The position numbers and the translations under genes are program-made. A DNA stretch of 30,643 nucleotides, taken from positions 1 through 30,643 of the forward strand of contig NW_021832213.1 in NCBI RefSeq assembly GCF_006345805.1. Reading direction: 5' to 3'. The first letter of the stretch is position 1; each line of letters opens with the position of its first letter. Positions 1-11,723 of this stretch are shown piece after piece. Below the pieces are notes generated by a model. The model saw only the letters and a list, made by a program, of their open reading frames with translations, was not told where the DNA came from and ran no database searches. This DNA comes from Octopus sinensis. Lineage: Eukaryota.

Positions 1-245
1 AGTAGTGATGGTGGCTGCGGTGGTGGTAGAGGTGGAAGAAGAAGAAGAAAAAGAAGAAGAAGGTGGTGTGGTCATAGTAGTAGTAGTAGTAGTGATGTGG
101 TTGCGGTTGGGTAAGAGGTGGAAGAAGAAGATAAGAAAAAAGAAGAAGAGAAGAAGAGAAGAAGAAAAAAAAGAAGAAAAAAAAGAAGAAGAAGAAGAAG
201 AAGAAGAAGAAGAAGAAGAAGAAGAAGAAGAAGAAGAAGAACTTG
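1..245. repeat. Compound microsatellite (GTA/GTG)n and (GAA)n
   Basis: Direct reading; pure GAA run ~185-241. Confidence 0.95.
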
Positions 246-417
246 AACTTGAACTAAAACAGACGCTCTGACAGTACCATCACCACAACAATAGCAACAG
301 CAATATCATAGATAATGTTAAATTTGTATTTCATTAATGACATTTGATCTCGTGCACCAACGAACGTTCAATATCTTCGCCCGATTCCTTCGTTTTCAAA
401 ATCAGTGCTTATGGTAA

Positions 418-499
418 GAGTGATGCTGCAGATGCTGTTGTTCTTGTTGCTGTTGGTACCGTTGAACATGGTGACGATGATGACGGTAATGATGATGAC

Positions 500-540
<41 letters not shown>

Positions 541-833
541 CAATGGTGATGACGATGATGACCATGGTGATGACGATGATGACGATGGTGATGATGATGA
601 TTTTGATGGTGCTGCTGCTGCTGCTGATGATGATGAAGACGACGATGAGGAGAAGTAGGAGAAGGAGGAATAAGATGGCGATGAAGATGATGATGATGCT
701 GATGACTATGACAACGATGAGGATGATGATGACGATGATGAGGATGACGACTATGACAACGATGAGGATGATGACGATGATGACGATGATGATGATATGT
801 TGATGATGATGATGATGATGATGATGACGAATG

Positions 834-885
<52 letters not shown>

Positions 886-910
886 TAATAATAATAATGA
901 TGATGATGAT
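418..910. repeat. Compound (GAT)n / (AAT)n microsatellite block
   Basis: Direct reading; source of the poly-D, poly-M and poly-N ORFs. Confidence 0.95.
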
Positions 911-1102
911 GAAGTGATTACTAATGATTACAACTACAACCGCGACGAGAGTATCGATGAAGACAAAGTCAAAGACGATGCGGGGGCGAAGATAGATTTG
1001 TGTTTACGACTATTGATGCTGATATACTGCCATACTGCTTTCCTGTTTTAATACTAGATTTTATATATTGCACACAAGAGTTCACCAATCCATTTACCTT
1101 AC

Positions 1103-1172
1103 CTCAATATACCGGACACTGTCCACAAAGGAAGTCACAGAAGCACAATATATAAAATATATAGTAAAAGCC
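1103..1172 (-). CDS. Candidate 70-nt internal exon of an unidentified host gene (AFTIYFIYCASVTSFVDSVRYIE, hydrophobic)
   Basis: Minus strand: acceptor atttcacag|G, one open frame (first base completes a codon, then 23 codons), donor GAG|gtaagg. No homology recognised. Confidence 0.35.
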
Positions 1173-1224
1173 CTGTGAAATATTATCGAAATGATGTATT
1201 GTTTCTATCCATAAGAGTGGTGAC

Positions 1225-2100
1225 TAATCAGAATTCCCAAAGAAATGCGGCCTTTACCGTAACGATGGACTATTCACTTTACTTTTTCATAAAAGGGATT
1301 CTGTTAGGATGGAATTTATCAACTTGTTCGAAGAGTAAGCATTAAAAATGACATTAAACACAAATCTAAGTATAATAAATTCAGATTTATGAGTCTAAAT
1401 TTTAAGTACTGTTAATTAATCAACTTCGCCCATACACAACAAATTCAGTTGATAATATCAATAAGCTCATACCTAAAATATTCTTTGAGAAAGAATCCTT
1501 TAATCGTAGTGAGCTCATTATTAAAATGTTGCGCTAAAAATCAGTGGTTTCAAAAGTAGTAATATGAGAATAAAAATGCGAAAATAGGAAGTGATATATT
1601 ATATGGTATAATCCCCCGCGTAGTATAAATGCTTAAATGCCGCCATAATTTTCATAAACCTCTTAAATTGGTATTTCTCAAACCATAGATATCATGATGT
1701 ATTTAATAGAAATAGTGTGAGTTACAGCTGCACTAAAAATTTCCTCGTTTCCATAGATACTTTCAGCAAAAATAAACCTTCCAGTATAAGTTAAAATAAA
1801 TATTTTCCAATAAGTATGGGAACAATATCTCTTCAACGCCAAGTCTATTGCTGAAGTATAAATTTTGCAAACTAAGGTCTCACTTGCAAAATACAGTGAA
1901 ACAAAAGGGCTTTTGGGGACTTAATTAAAGTTAATTTAAAGGAAGATGGTTCCAACATATGCTCACATTCATAAGCTCACACCCGGAGTTTAAGGGATGA
2001 TTAAATTGTAAATAGATTGGCCTGTAATAGAATACACCTTCATAAATATGAACAGCATCAGAAGGTGCAAACTTTGTCTTTTGATGGTGCGAGAGGAACC
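1225..2100 (+). mobile_element. Degenerate Penelope-like element (Naiad-like): RT C-terminal half, linker and GIY-YIG endonuclease relic
   Basis: Manual translation across stops and frameshifts gives collinear PLE motifs: GLYRNDGL (1249-1272, decayed YRDD), H-Y-*-NVALKISGF (~1516), IWYNPP (1601-1618), HRYHDVFNRNSVSYSCTKNF (~1684-1743), FKGRWFQHMLTF (1935-1970), IDWPVI...RRCKLCL (2012-2080). Confidence 0.8.
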
Positions 2101-2238
2101 ACCATGACTGAGGGGATATCTCTCAGATACCCTAATTTATAGTTTTAAATAATTATTACCTTTGTATGGTAATTATTCTCATGCTGGCCACTTGATAAGA
2201 TCGATATTTAAATATCGATATTATTCATATATATGTGT

Positions 2239-2620
2239 GGAGGCGCAATGGCCCAGTGATTAAGGCAGCGGACTCGCGGTCGTAGGATCGCGGTTTCGAT
2301 TCCCAGTCCGGGCGTTGTGAGTGTTTATTGGGCGAAAACACCTAAAGCTCCATGAGGCTCCGGCAGGGATGGTGGTGATCCCTGCTGTACTCTTTCACCA
2401 CAACTTTCTTTCACTCTTACTTCCTGTTTCTGTTGTACCTGTATTTCAAAGGGCCGGCCTTGTCACTCTCTGTGTCACGCTGAATATCCCCGAGAACTAC
2501 GTTAAGGGTGCATGTGTCTGTGGAGTGCTCAGCCACTTACACGTTAATTTCACGAGCAGGCTGTTCCGTTGATTCGGATCAACCGGAACCCTCATCGTCG
2601 TAACCGACGGAGTGCTCCCA
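2239..2620 (+). mobile_element. tRNA-derived SINE (family C), full length
   Basis: A-box TGGCCCAGTGA and B-box GGTTTCGATTCCC head; 3' ~180 nt homologous to the minus-strand SINE at 27600-27780; followed by (TA)n. Confidence 0.85.
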
Positions 2621-2623
2621 TCA

Positions 2624-2630
2624 TATATAT

Positions 2631-2676
<46 letters not shown>

Positions 2677-3013
2677 ATAGATTATGTATTCAAACAAATG
2701 TATGCACATATACATGAGATGCGTTTAAATATAGATTACTGCTTGTCAAATTTTACTCGTAAATTTTTAGTCGATCCATATTTTAGTCGATCCAATTGCA
2801 GAAGGCAATTGTTTGAGGTGACACGCAGTAAAATTGAACCCTAAATCACGAAATTGTGAAGCGTCACCTTGACCGCACATTTACACCTGGAAATGCACAT
2901 ATAGACACACACTAACACACATGCACGCACACACACACTCGTAATCACATATCTAAACGCACATACCTTTATATTTGTATATGCACATCTATATACATGT
3001 AAGCATATATATT

Positions 3014-3048
<35 letters not shown>

Positions 3049-3200
3049 TCCATTTCCCGCCTTTCATTTGCCATATATGCACATATATTTATGTGCATAT
3101 TTCTGTTTGGATATATCTACACAAGCATGCATATATGCATGTATGCATGCATGAAGGTATGTATATATGTATTGTTACTAAGCAAGTGTGTGTGGATTGG
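2624..3200. repeat. (TA)n, (CA)n and TATG-type low-complexity tract
   Basis: Direct reading. Confidence 0.85.
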
Positions 3201-3776
3201 GTAAATATGTGTGTTATATCAATTAATCATGCAACTGTGACAGCACCAACTGTGTTGTCACAGTTGCATATCCTCAATTTCACATTTCTACGAGGATATT
3301 TTAATATTTAAACTTTCAAATCTGGTAAATCGCAGAATCGGTAAAACGCCGGACAAAAGAATTAATTGCAGTGTCTAAGAATGTATTTTTACGCATTTAA
3401 CTCAAATACCACCATGATAATAACATGTCTTTTTATTCCCAATGAATTCTGGTTTGTTTCGAACAGGATTCTCTGATCCCGGTTGTTTTTCATCATTGGA
3501 AAACCCCTATTTTTAACGATGTTTATTCATAACATTCGCAGTTCATCTGTGTAAGGGGGCCTTTTGTATATAGTGGTATTTCGGCTTTAATGCGTATCCC
3601 AGTACAAAGTACCTTGCCGGAACGGTGGATGACAAGAGCTCGATCTCTTCTTTATAGGATTCAGCAAACAAATTATTTGTTTATGCGTGATGATTTCTGT
3701 TCAACAGATAATAATTCATGGGATATACGCAGAAAATTGAGAATTCAAATAGCTGAGCTATATTTTCTTACCAGAA

Positions 3777-4190
3777 TCTGGCAGATTCGAACGTGTATAT
3801 CTCATCGCTGGAGTTTTTCATCTGCGGAGAACACCCCCATCTTTAGACAAGATGGCTTCATAATGCATATCACTTGGATAGACTTGGTTTGGGCGATGGT
3901 GTGCAAATAATAAGGCATCTAGGTACGTTATTGTTAGGATTCTCGCATCATGTGATTGATTTTTTTTTTCTGTTTCAAGAAACAAGAACTTATACTCTTG
4001 TTAGATTCATTGGTCCAAGCTAGCTTTGACTGAGGAGACACTCAAAAAGATCGAAACACCTTCATGTTTCAAAGTCTCCTTACACCAGTGAATCATGTGT
4101 GTTTTTGAATGCACAACGTCTAAAGGGAGGAAGTGTTTTCCGATGATGAAAAATAACAGAGATCAGATATCTACGTTCGAATCTGCCAGA
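3777..4190. mobile_element. 414-bp unit bounded by ~30-bp imperfect inverted repeats (MITE-like or inverted PLE pseudo-LTR derivative)
   Basis: 3777-3794 TCTGGCAGATTCGAACGT is the exact reverse complement of 4173-4190; the match extends to 3806/4161 with 3 mismatches; no TSD identified. Confidence 0.5.
4004..4094 (+). ncRNA. Type I hammerhead ribozyme motif
   Basis: Stem I ctttga (4024-4029) / tcaaag (4069-4074); core CTGAGGA (4030-4036); bulged stem II 4037-4052; GAAA 4053-4056; stem III ACA-ccttca-TGT; GUU triplet with cleavage after 4068; distal stem I GATTCATTGGT (4004-4014) / ACCAGTGAATC (4084-4094), 11 bp with one G-U. Confidence 0.75.
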
Positions 4191-4373
4191 GCATATTTTT
4201 AGAAGGAAGAGAAATATTATTGTTTGGATTCTCACTATTCCATGCGCACCTCATGAATTAACCCGGCATTAAAATTTGCCCTAATTAGTCCAGTACACTA
4301 ATTATTTATGTTTGCTTAAGATAAGTTTAAAGTTCAAACTCAGCTGGTATTGATTTTGTTAATAATTCCTCTA

Positions 4374-4544
4374 GGCGCAGGAGTGGCTGTGTGGTAAGTA
4401 GCTTACTTACCAACCACATGGTTCCGGGTTCAGTCCCACTGCATGGCACCTTGGACAAGTGTCTTCTACTATAGCCTCGGGTTGACCAAAGCCATGTGAG
4501 TGTATTTGGTAGACGGAAACTGAAAGAAGCCCGTCGTATATATG

Positions 4545-4575
<31 letters not shown>

Positions 4576-4794
4576 TTGTATGTCTGTGTTTGCCCTCCCA
4601 ACATCGCTTGACAACCGATGCTGGTGTTTTTGCATACCCGTAACTTAGCGGTTCGGATAAAGAGACCAATAGAATAAGTACTAGACTTACAATGAATAAG
4701 TCCTGGGGTCGATTTGCTCGACTAAAGGTGGTGCTCCAGCATGGCCGCAGTTAAATGACTGAAACAAGTAAAAGAGTAAAAAAAGAGTAAGAGT
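4374..4794 (+). mobile_element. tRNA-derived SINE (family A, CORE-like body, internal TA/TG microsatellite), full length
   Basis: GGCGCAGGAGTGGCTGTGTGGTAAG head, B-box-like GGTTCAGTCCC, body repeated at 25042, 27391 and 28211; AAAAGAGT-type tail. Confidence 0.9.
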
Positions 4795-4838
4795 ACTGTC
4801 AAAAAAAAAATGAATAAGATGATTAAATTTAGAAGCTA

Positions 4839-5236
4839 CTAGCAGTATCGCCCGACGTTGCTCGGGTTTGTAAGGGAAATAACTATATAAGCATTTTTAG
4901 AGATGTAAAGTATAATAGCCATCTCAATATGGCTAACCACAAAGGGGGGGGGTGTTACTGTAGCTTTTTACGTTCTGAGATTTAATAATAAATTTTTAGA
5001 GAGTTACTTCCCTTATATATGCCAAAAATGCATTAAAAATGGGAAAAATTGATGGTAAATTTTTTTTTTAATTGTAGACTCATCGTAGACGCGCGCTAAT
5101 ACCCAGAAGGGCTCGATATGAATCACGACTATAAGATACCCGGTTTTGGTTAAACTGCACCGCAAAATGTGGGAGTAGTTAGGAATCTAAATCGTAGGAG
5201 ACAGACAACACACAACCTTACTTTTATATATAAAGA
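4839..5236 (-). mobile_element. Non-autonomous Helitron, 398 bp
   Basis: Minus strand: A|TCTTTATATATAAAAG 5' end; GC-rich hairpin ACCCGAGCAACGTCGGGC shortly before the terminal CTAG|T; A^T target, no TSD; 3' ~65 nt shared with 15951-16332. Confidence 0.8.
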
Positions 5237-6321
5237 TGTCAGTTATTTGCTAACATAGAATAAGAAATGTTATAATTCGAATAATGGAATCATATTTACA
5301 AATATGTTACTTACGTACCAGTAATTATTATTTTTCATACTATCCATAACAATATGATAAATCCAACGATTTTAGTCGACACAACACACATAAGTTAATC
5401 AACATTCGTTGGGTTACATAAGACAATCACAATAGTCCGTCATGTAAATACAACCTCATCGTGGACAGGAACAGAGGGGTCGACAGGGCAGCCGTTCAGG
5501 CATCATTATATTTTGATCAGCAAGCGCCTACCCTACATAAACTGCGTCTGTGAAATTTTATATAAAGCCATTGTTATTACGCAGAGAACTAAACCAGGTA
5601 GACTGATTTGAATATGAGACATATGTTTTTGTTGTTTGTTCTGTTACATAAGTTATTTATGTTGCAGCGGTGTTTATTTTTCATACTAAATTTTACAATG
5701 TGGTATATCAAATAAATTTCAACCGTCAAAGCATATATAAATTATTTAAATTGGTTGCATTCGTAAGAAAGTCATTTGTATCTAATAAATATAATTCATG
5801 TATTGAAACTATGACGTCTAAAATCTAATGTTATACTCCACAATAAGGTTTAGTATTAAAAATAATTCTAAAATGACGAAACCTAACAGACACAAGAATG
5901 CGTATGTAATGCTCCTTTTTCTTATAATCTTTTAAATTTAACCATCAACTTAAATAAAAGAAATAACTGCTAAACTGTAAAGAATGCGATGTCCTAATCT
6001 GTTGATCAAAGATGATCAAGTTTTGACCGGTCTGTTAGATTGAGTTTTACAACAACTAAAAAAAACATAATAAATCTTATAAAATTGATAAATATAATTT
6101 TCTGTTAGAATTTTGCATAAAATGATTTATCGTTTTCTCTATTTTTATCTTTTCGTTTTTTTTTTCAGATGTGATGAACTGAAGCTGAAAGGACGTAACC
6201 TCAACCTATCAATTGCGTAATAATGAGTTCGATCCCAGGTCAATGTCATTGTTGCTAGTACAATTATGACTTTGGTAAAACGCTGTACATTTTTTTTATC
6301 TGGGTAGGAGAATTGGTAAGA

Positions 6322-6415
6322 TGGCGAACTGGCAGTTTCATTAAGGCATTAGATAGAAAATCTAGTTCCCTGCGTTCTCAGTTCAAATTCTGCTGAGGTA
6401 CCGATAAATAAAGCC
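6322..6415 (+). mobile_element. Degenerate family B SINE fragment
   Basis: GGCGAACTGGCAG head and GTTCTCAGTTCAAATTCTGCTGAGGT B-box region resemble 12323-12553. Confidence 0.5.
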
Positions 6416-6639
6416 CCAGCCAAGCGCCGTGTCTATTTTTCCTCCTCTTTCCCTATGCTTCTGGCTCCCTCCCTAACTCTATTTCTTCCTCCTCTGTATC
6501 TCCTCCTCCCACTCCTACTCCTTTCTACCTACTCTTCATGTCTCTCCCCTCTATATCCCATTCCTCCTTTTTCTCTCTCCTTCCCTCTCTGTCTCATCCT
6601 TCTCTGTTTCCCTCTCTAATTGCATCAATGATAGCAAAA

Positions 6640-6870
6640 AAGAAGATAGTCATACAGTTTGAGGTGGTCGATCGTTATTCCCACGTGATATTTAGAACAG
6701 CCAGTAACATGCAGATATACATACCATTGAGCCTTGCCACCAGATGTCTGGGGAATATCCAAGCAGTGGACCTGACAACAGCACTGATGCCATAATGACA
6801 AGATTGAGGCTCTTTTTCAGATCCTCTGGTAACGATAACTCCCAGGTTACACCATGGCTTTCCTGACCAA
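6640..6870 (-). mobile_element. RTE-type LINE ORF2 C-terminal fragment, degenerate
   Basis: Minus translation with one frameshift: LPEDLKKSLNLVIMASVLLSG / STAWIFPRHLVARLNGMYICMLLAVLNITW, resembling the RTE post-RT pattern ESVLLYGSTAWTL...RLDGTYTRMLRAVLNISW. Confidence 0.65.
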
Positions 6871-7061
6871 CCAATGTTTTCGTGAGATAAGTCCTTACTG
6901 CCGTTTCAGTGGCTGTTATGTGTTAAGCAGATAAAGAGGCGCCTAGAAATTTGAGAGGGCTTTGTTTCAACGAGCTCATTGGTCCCTTCTGATTGGTACA
7001 GATATATTCAGGTTTTAAGGTCCTAGGAGACACAAGGCTGGTTATCCGCTTTCCATGGCGT

Positions 7062-7440
7062 ATAAGTGAAGATGATGACGACGACGATGATGATGATGAT
7101 GATGATGACGATGATGATGTTGATGATGTGACAATGATAATGATGGTGATGACGACGATGATGATGTGACAATGATAATGATAGTGATGATGATGATAAT
7201 GATGATGTGACAGTGACAATGATGGTGATGATGGTGGTGGTAGTGGTGGTGGTGGTGATGATGATGATGATGATGATAATGATGATGATGATGATGATGA
7301 TGATGGTGATGATGATGGTGATGATGATGATGATGATAGCAAGAAGCTACTTATCTATGATGATGTTTAGTGCTTTCACCCCCTTTAATGTTATCGTCAC
7401 CACCATCAGCAACAACAGCAACAGCAATAATAATTAATAA
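7062..7440. repeat. (GAT)n/(GGT)n then (AAC/AAT)n microsatellite block
   Basis: Direct reading. Confidence 0.9.
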
Positions 7441-7455
7441 AAACAATAACAAAAG

Positions 7456-7545
7456 CAATTGTAATATCCTCCTGACATTTTGATATTGGGATGTTTCAAA
7501 TTTACCATTCTAAGACAACCCTAATCACGAGGACTTTACACTCAG
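7456..7545 (-). repeat. Dispersed ~90-bp repeat, inverted copy of 10507-10593 (probable retroelement 3' end next to a (TTG/TTA)n tail)
   Basis: CCTGACATTTTGATAT...TTACCATTC.AAGACAACC.TAA.CAC..GGACTTTACACTC occurs here on + and at 10507-10593 on -. Confidence 0.7.
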
Positions 7546-7580
7546 AATTACCTGTTCTAAGTCTCATTCAGTTGGGAATG

Positions 7581-7750
7581 CAAGGTTCTAGGCGAGAAAT
7601 TTTAAGGGGAGAGACAAGTCGATTGCATTGACTCTAATATTTTATTTTATTGACTCATGAAAGAACTCGGCGGGATTTGAACTCAGAATATAAGGAGTCG
7701 AAATTTCGCCAAGCAATTTGTGGTAGCCATTCTGACAGCTCACCACTACC
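7581..7750 (-). mobile_element. Degenerate family B SINE with tail type B
   Basis: CTCGGCGGGATTTGAACTCAGAA matches the reverse complement of the family B B-box region. Confidence 0.6.
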
Positions 7751-7767
7751 TTTTAATGGCTAATAAA

Positions 7768-7910
7768 GGCAGGCAATTCACAGAATCGTTAGAATATAGA
7801 GTAGGTTGCTTTGTGTCGTTCGTTTCGCGTGTTTGTACTCTTCGTTCATATTCCACCTAGGTCAACTTTGCCTGCCATCCATTCTGGGTTAATAGAATAA
7901 AACACCAGTA
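7768..7910 (+). mobile_element. Degenerate family B SINE, head-to-head with the previous copy
   Basis: GGCAGGCAATTCACAGAATCGTTAG head; GTTCATATTCCACCTAGGTCAACTTTGCCT body. Confidence 0.55.
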
Positions 7911-8454
7911 TAGTTTCGATTCATTCCTTTCTGTCTCTCTTTTGCTCTTGCAGGAAAAAACCAACTGTGATCAGTCCTTGAGAAGGAAAGTCTTTACAAG
8001 GCCTGAAATAATACACTAGACACACCGTATTCCACAATGGCTGACATTAAGATTACACCAAGAAGTTGATGCCCCAAGACAATAACAGCCAATATCGTCT
8101 ACCACTTTTTCAAGAAAAGCTGCCAAACGAAGCCTCTACGTCAATGATTTTTATCCCTTATCAATCTACATGCAGAAAACACTAGATAAGGCTCTGAAAA
8201 CGTTGAAGTATATCCTCAGTTCTTTAGAATTTATAGCTTGGAAACAACAATAAGAGAAAATTATGATTGCGTCATAGCAAAAATGGCCGCTGGTGATGCA
8301 CTTCGCTCGCCAATGAATAAATATGCGCCATAGCAATATAAAACAATATGGAAAATTTCCATTAAAAAATATTGAAAATATGGAAAAAAATATGGAAAAT
8401 ATGGTCAAAAAAACGTGGCACACCTGCGAACGAAACGTGGCTCAGATATATTCT

Positions 8455-9168
8455 ATGGCACACTGTTTGAAAATGTCATGGTTGTTACTGCAGAGTGTAT
8501 GCAGACAGAGCAATTGGGTGTATGGGATGGAGAGCTTGGTGTGGGTAGGATGGGGGGAGCAGAAGTTGAGGTATGACTTTGAGTCGGTGTGTTTGTAGTG
8601 CGTGGAGGTAGTGAGAGCTGAGTTGTGTATGTTGACCGACTTGTCGAGAAGGGCAATGGAAGTGTTGGAAATGGTGCAGGAAAATTCGAGGGCTGATGGA
8701 AGGATTGGACAAAAGAGAGTAAGGAGTTTAGTTGTTCGCGGGAGAGCGAAGTCGCGCCGATACAGTCATCAATATAACGACCGTATAGTTCGGAAGTGGG
8801 GACCTTGAAAAAATTGAGAATCTTGAAAATATTTGGGCCTCAACGTAGTCAACGAACAGGTTCGCATAGTTGGGATTCATTCTCGTTCTCATGACCACTC
8901 CCGAGATTTGTTGGTAAAACTTCCCCACGAACGAGAAGCAGTTGAGGGAGTGAATAAGTTCGGCCAGACGAAGATGTGTGGACATGTCAGGTTGGCGGTT
9001 GGGTCAAAAGTCTAGGAAGTGTTTGAGGGCATGAAGTCCTTCGTTGTGTGGGATCACCGTATATAGAATCTTGATTCCAAGAATGAAGAGAAGTTAAGAG
9101 GGGCCAGGAGAGAAGGAGAAAGAATTGAAAAGACGAAGAGCATGGTTAGTGCCATGGATGTGTGACGG
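8455..9168 (-). mobile_element. Penelope-like element reverse transcriptase fragment (YIDD type), pseudogenised
   Basis: Minus translation: GTNHALRLFNSF...LYTVIPHNEGLHALKHFLD...LRLAELIHSLNCFSFVGKFYQQISGV...PNYANLF, then ELYGRYIDDCIGAT (YIDD at 8765-8776) and HYKHTDSKSYLNF...HPTHTKLSIPY; several stops and frameshifts. Confidence 0.9.
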
Positions 9169-9169
9169 A

Positions 9170-10156
9170 TATATATATGTGTGTGTGCATATGTGAGTGT
9201 GTGTTTCCATGTATAAATACGTACACGCGCATATATTTACATACATATATACACATATATTCAGATAGATTCATATATAAATATATACGTTTGTGTACGT
9301 GTGTATAGATATGTACACACACATTCACACACAAACACTCGTACATTCAGACACACACACATATATATGTATTGAGGCATACATACATACATACATACAT
9401 ACATACATACATACATACATACATACATACATACATACATACATACATACTTGCATACCTACACATATGCATACACAGACACTCATGTGTAAATATTCTC
9501 AAAATAAATAAAAATTTATCTTCTAATAAAATTTGAACTTATTATTCGCAGTGCTGCTCTTACTGAAATGCAATGAGATCGTTCCATATCATTCCACCCC
9601 AATTCCACCCCGATTCCACCCTTTTCCTCAGATCTATATTCCCAAGAGTCTCCATGAAGCCTACTCTTATTACGAAGAGAAGTTTTAAATAAAAATTAAA
9701 ACAACAAACTTCAATAACAAGCACACATACATATATTTATAAATATACATACACACATATATATATATACTTAATCAAACACACACATATTCGGTTAGAC
9801 ATAGATATATCCATCTACACACAAACACATACACAATGTGTCATATACATATATCACTCGCACACAACACACGCTCACACGCATGCACACGCATATATAT
9901 ACACACTCGCACTTAGACACAAAATGTAAAAGAAGCACATACATACAAACATACATACACGTATATACTCACGCATTTGCACACATGCACATACAAATAT
10001 GAATAAGAACTTGTAAGCATACACAAACACTTAATCACGTATATACATACATGCATTTACACGCATACATTTGCACACGCCTATACGCATACATATACAC
10101 ACGCAATCATATAAGAACGCATAGAGACACACAAACACATAGACACACGTTCAAGT

Positions 10157-10202
<46 letters not shown>

Positions 10203-10470
10203 ACAAACGCTCACTAAGATTCATACACATTTATATACATACACAAGCATAAACGCACACGAACTCACAGACGCGCATAGTCAGACAATCACTCACACTC
10301 ACACATACACACATACACACATACACACATACACATTTTACACATACAAGCACTCACAAACGGGCACACACAAGGACACATACAAGGGCACACAAACGTA
10401 GATCTATAATCACGCAGACACACACACACGCATATACACACAGAGGCGCGCGTACACACACACATTAGGA
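9170..10470. repeat. CA/TA-rich low-complexity region including pure (CATA)n 9378-9449 and (CA)n ~10159-10194
   Basis: Direct reading. Confidence 0.85.
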
Positions 10471-10506
10471 CAATGCTTCTGAGAGACTCTTCTAGAAGGG
10501 GTGATA

Positions 10507-10593
10507 CCGAGTGTAAAGTCCCAGTGGTTAAGGTTGTCTTGGAATGGTAAGGTTGAAGCATCCATATATCAAAATGTCAGGATATTTCAATTG
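10507..10593 (+). repeat. Dispersed ~90-bp repeat (partner of 7456-7545), followed by a (TTG)(TTA)n tract
   Basis: Roughly 80% match by eye to the reverse complement of 7456-7545. Confidence 0.7.
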
Positions 10594-10603
10594 TTGTTGT
10601 TGC

Positions 10604-10661
<58 letters not shown>

Positions 10662-10677
10662 GTTATTATCATCATCA

Positions 10678-10753
<76 letters not shown>

Positions 10754-10906
10754 CATTATTATTATCATGATCATCATGATCATCATGATGATGATCATGA
10801 TCATCATCATCATCATCATCATTATTATTATTATTATCATCACCATCATCATCATTATCCCCCTCCTCCTCCTCATCATCATCGTCATTATCATTATTAC
10901 TATTAC

Positions 10907-10974
<68 letters not shown>

Positions 10975-11675
10975 TTGTTGTTGTTGTTACTGATGTTCTT
11001 GTTGCTGCTACTGTTGTCATTGCAGTTGTTGCTGCCCATGGCTGTACCGATGGTGATGGTGGTGGTGGTGGTGGTGGTGGTGATATCATTGATGATGGTT
11101 AAAGCGACAAACGTCATCATAGGTGGGTGGCTTCTTGCTATCATTATAATCTTCATCCTCCTCTCCCCCTCATCATCATCATCATCATCATCATCATTAT
11201 CATCACGTTCATCGACTGTCATCCTCGTCATCAGCCACCTTCCCCGTCATATACAGTAATTAAAATATTAATTACCTATTGTTAATATTGTTAGTAGTAT
11301 TATTGCTTTTATCGTATCATCACTATTGTTATCGTCGTTATTAGTTTGGCAGTCGTCTTTATCACCCCTACCATCGTCATCGTCATCGCAGTGATCATCA
11401 TCATAATCATCACCATCATCATCATCTACGCCATTGTCGTCGACATTATCATGATCGTCATCGACATCATCACCACCACCACCACCTTCGTCATCATCGT
11501 CATCAGCAGCAGCAGTAGCGTCGTCATCATCGTCGTCATCATCATCATCATGAACAACATCATCAGCATCACTACCAGCACCTTCACCAGCACCACCACC
11601 ACCACCACCGACACCATTATTATCAACATCATCGTCTTCGTCGTCGTTGTCATCCGTCGTCGTGATCATCACCAC

Positions 11676-11723
<48 letters not shown>

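Noticed and set aside
5-1051. Poly-E, poly-D, poly-M and poly-N ORFs, and similar homopolymeric or dipeptide-repeat ORFs across the window (e.g. 10501-11850, 13035-13854, 25521-26029)
   Set aside because: Translations of di-, tri- and tetranucleotide microsatellites, open in several frames on both strands, with no protein-like complexity
2239-2310. tRNA-like sequence with A and B boxes (also near 4374, 12323, 14477, 27850)
   Set aside because: No complete cloverleaf evident, and each continues into a repeated SINE body; these are SINE heads, not tRNA genes
3590-3910. 106-aa ORF in unique sequence
   Set aside because: No recognisable motif; runs across the inverted-repeat boundary at 3777; the minus-strand frames contain stops
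3947-4099. 8-bp direct repeat ATCATGTG (3947-3954, 4092-4099) as a TSD around the hammerhead
   Set aside because: The right copy overlaps the ribozyme distal stem, and an 8-mer repeat at this spacing can arise by chance; not enough to call a TSD
6169-8340. Strong plus-strand splice acceptors at 6168 and 7954 and a later AATAAA
   Set aside because: All frames close shortly after the acceptors; pyrimidine tracts are abundant here; no support for a transcript without RNA data
9591-9622. Three copies of an 11-bp ATTCCACCCC(A/G) unit
   Set aside because: Short slippage-type tandem repeat with no spacers or further structure
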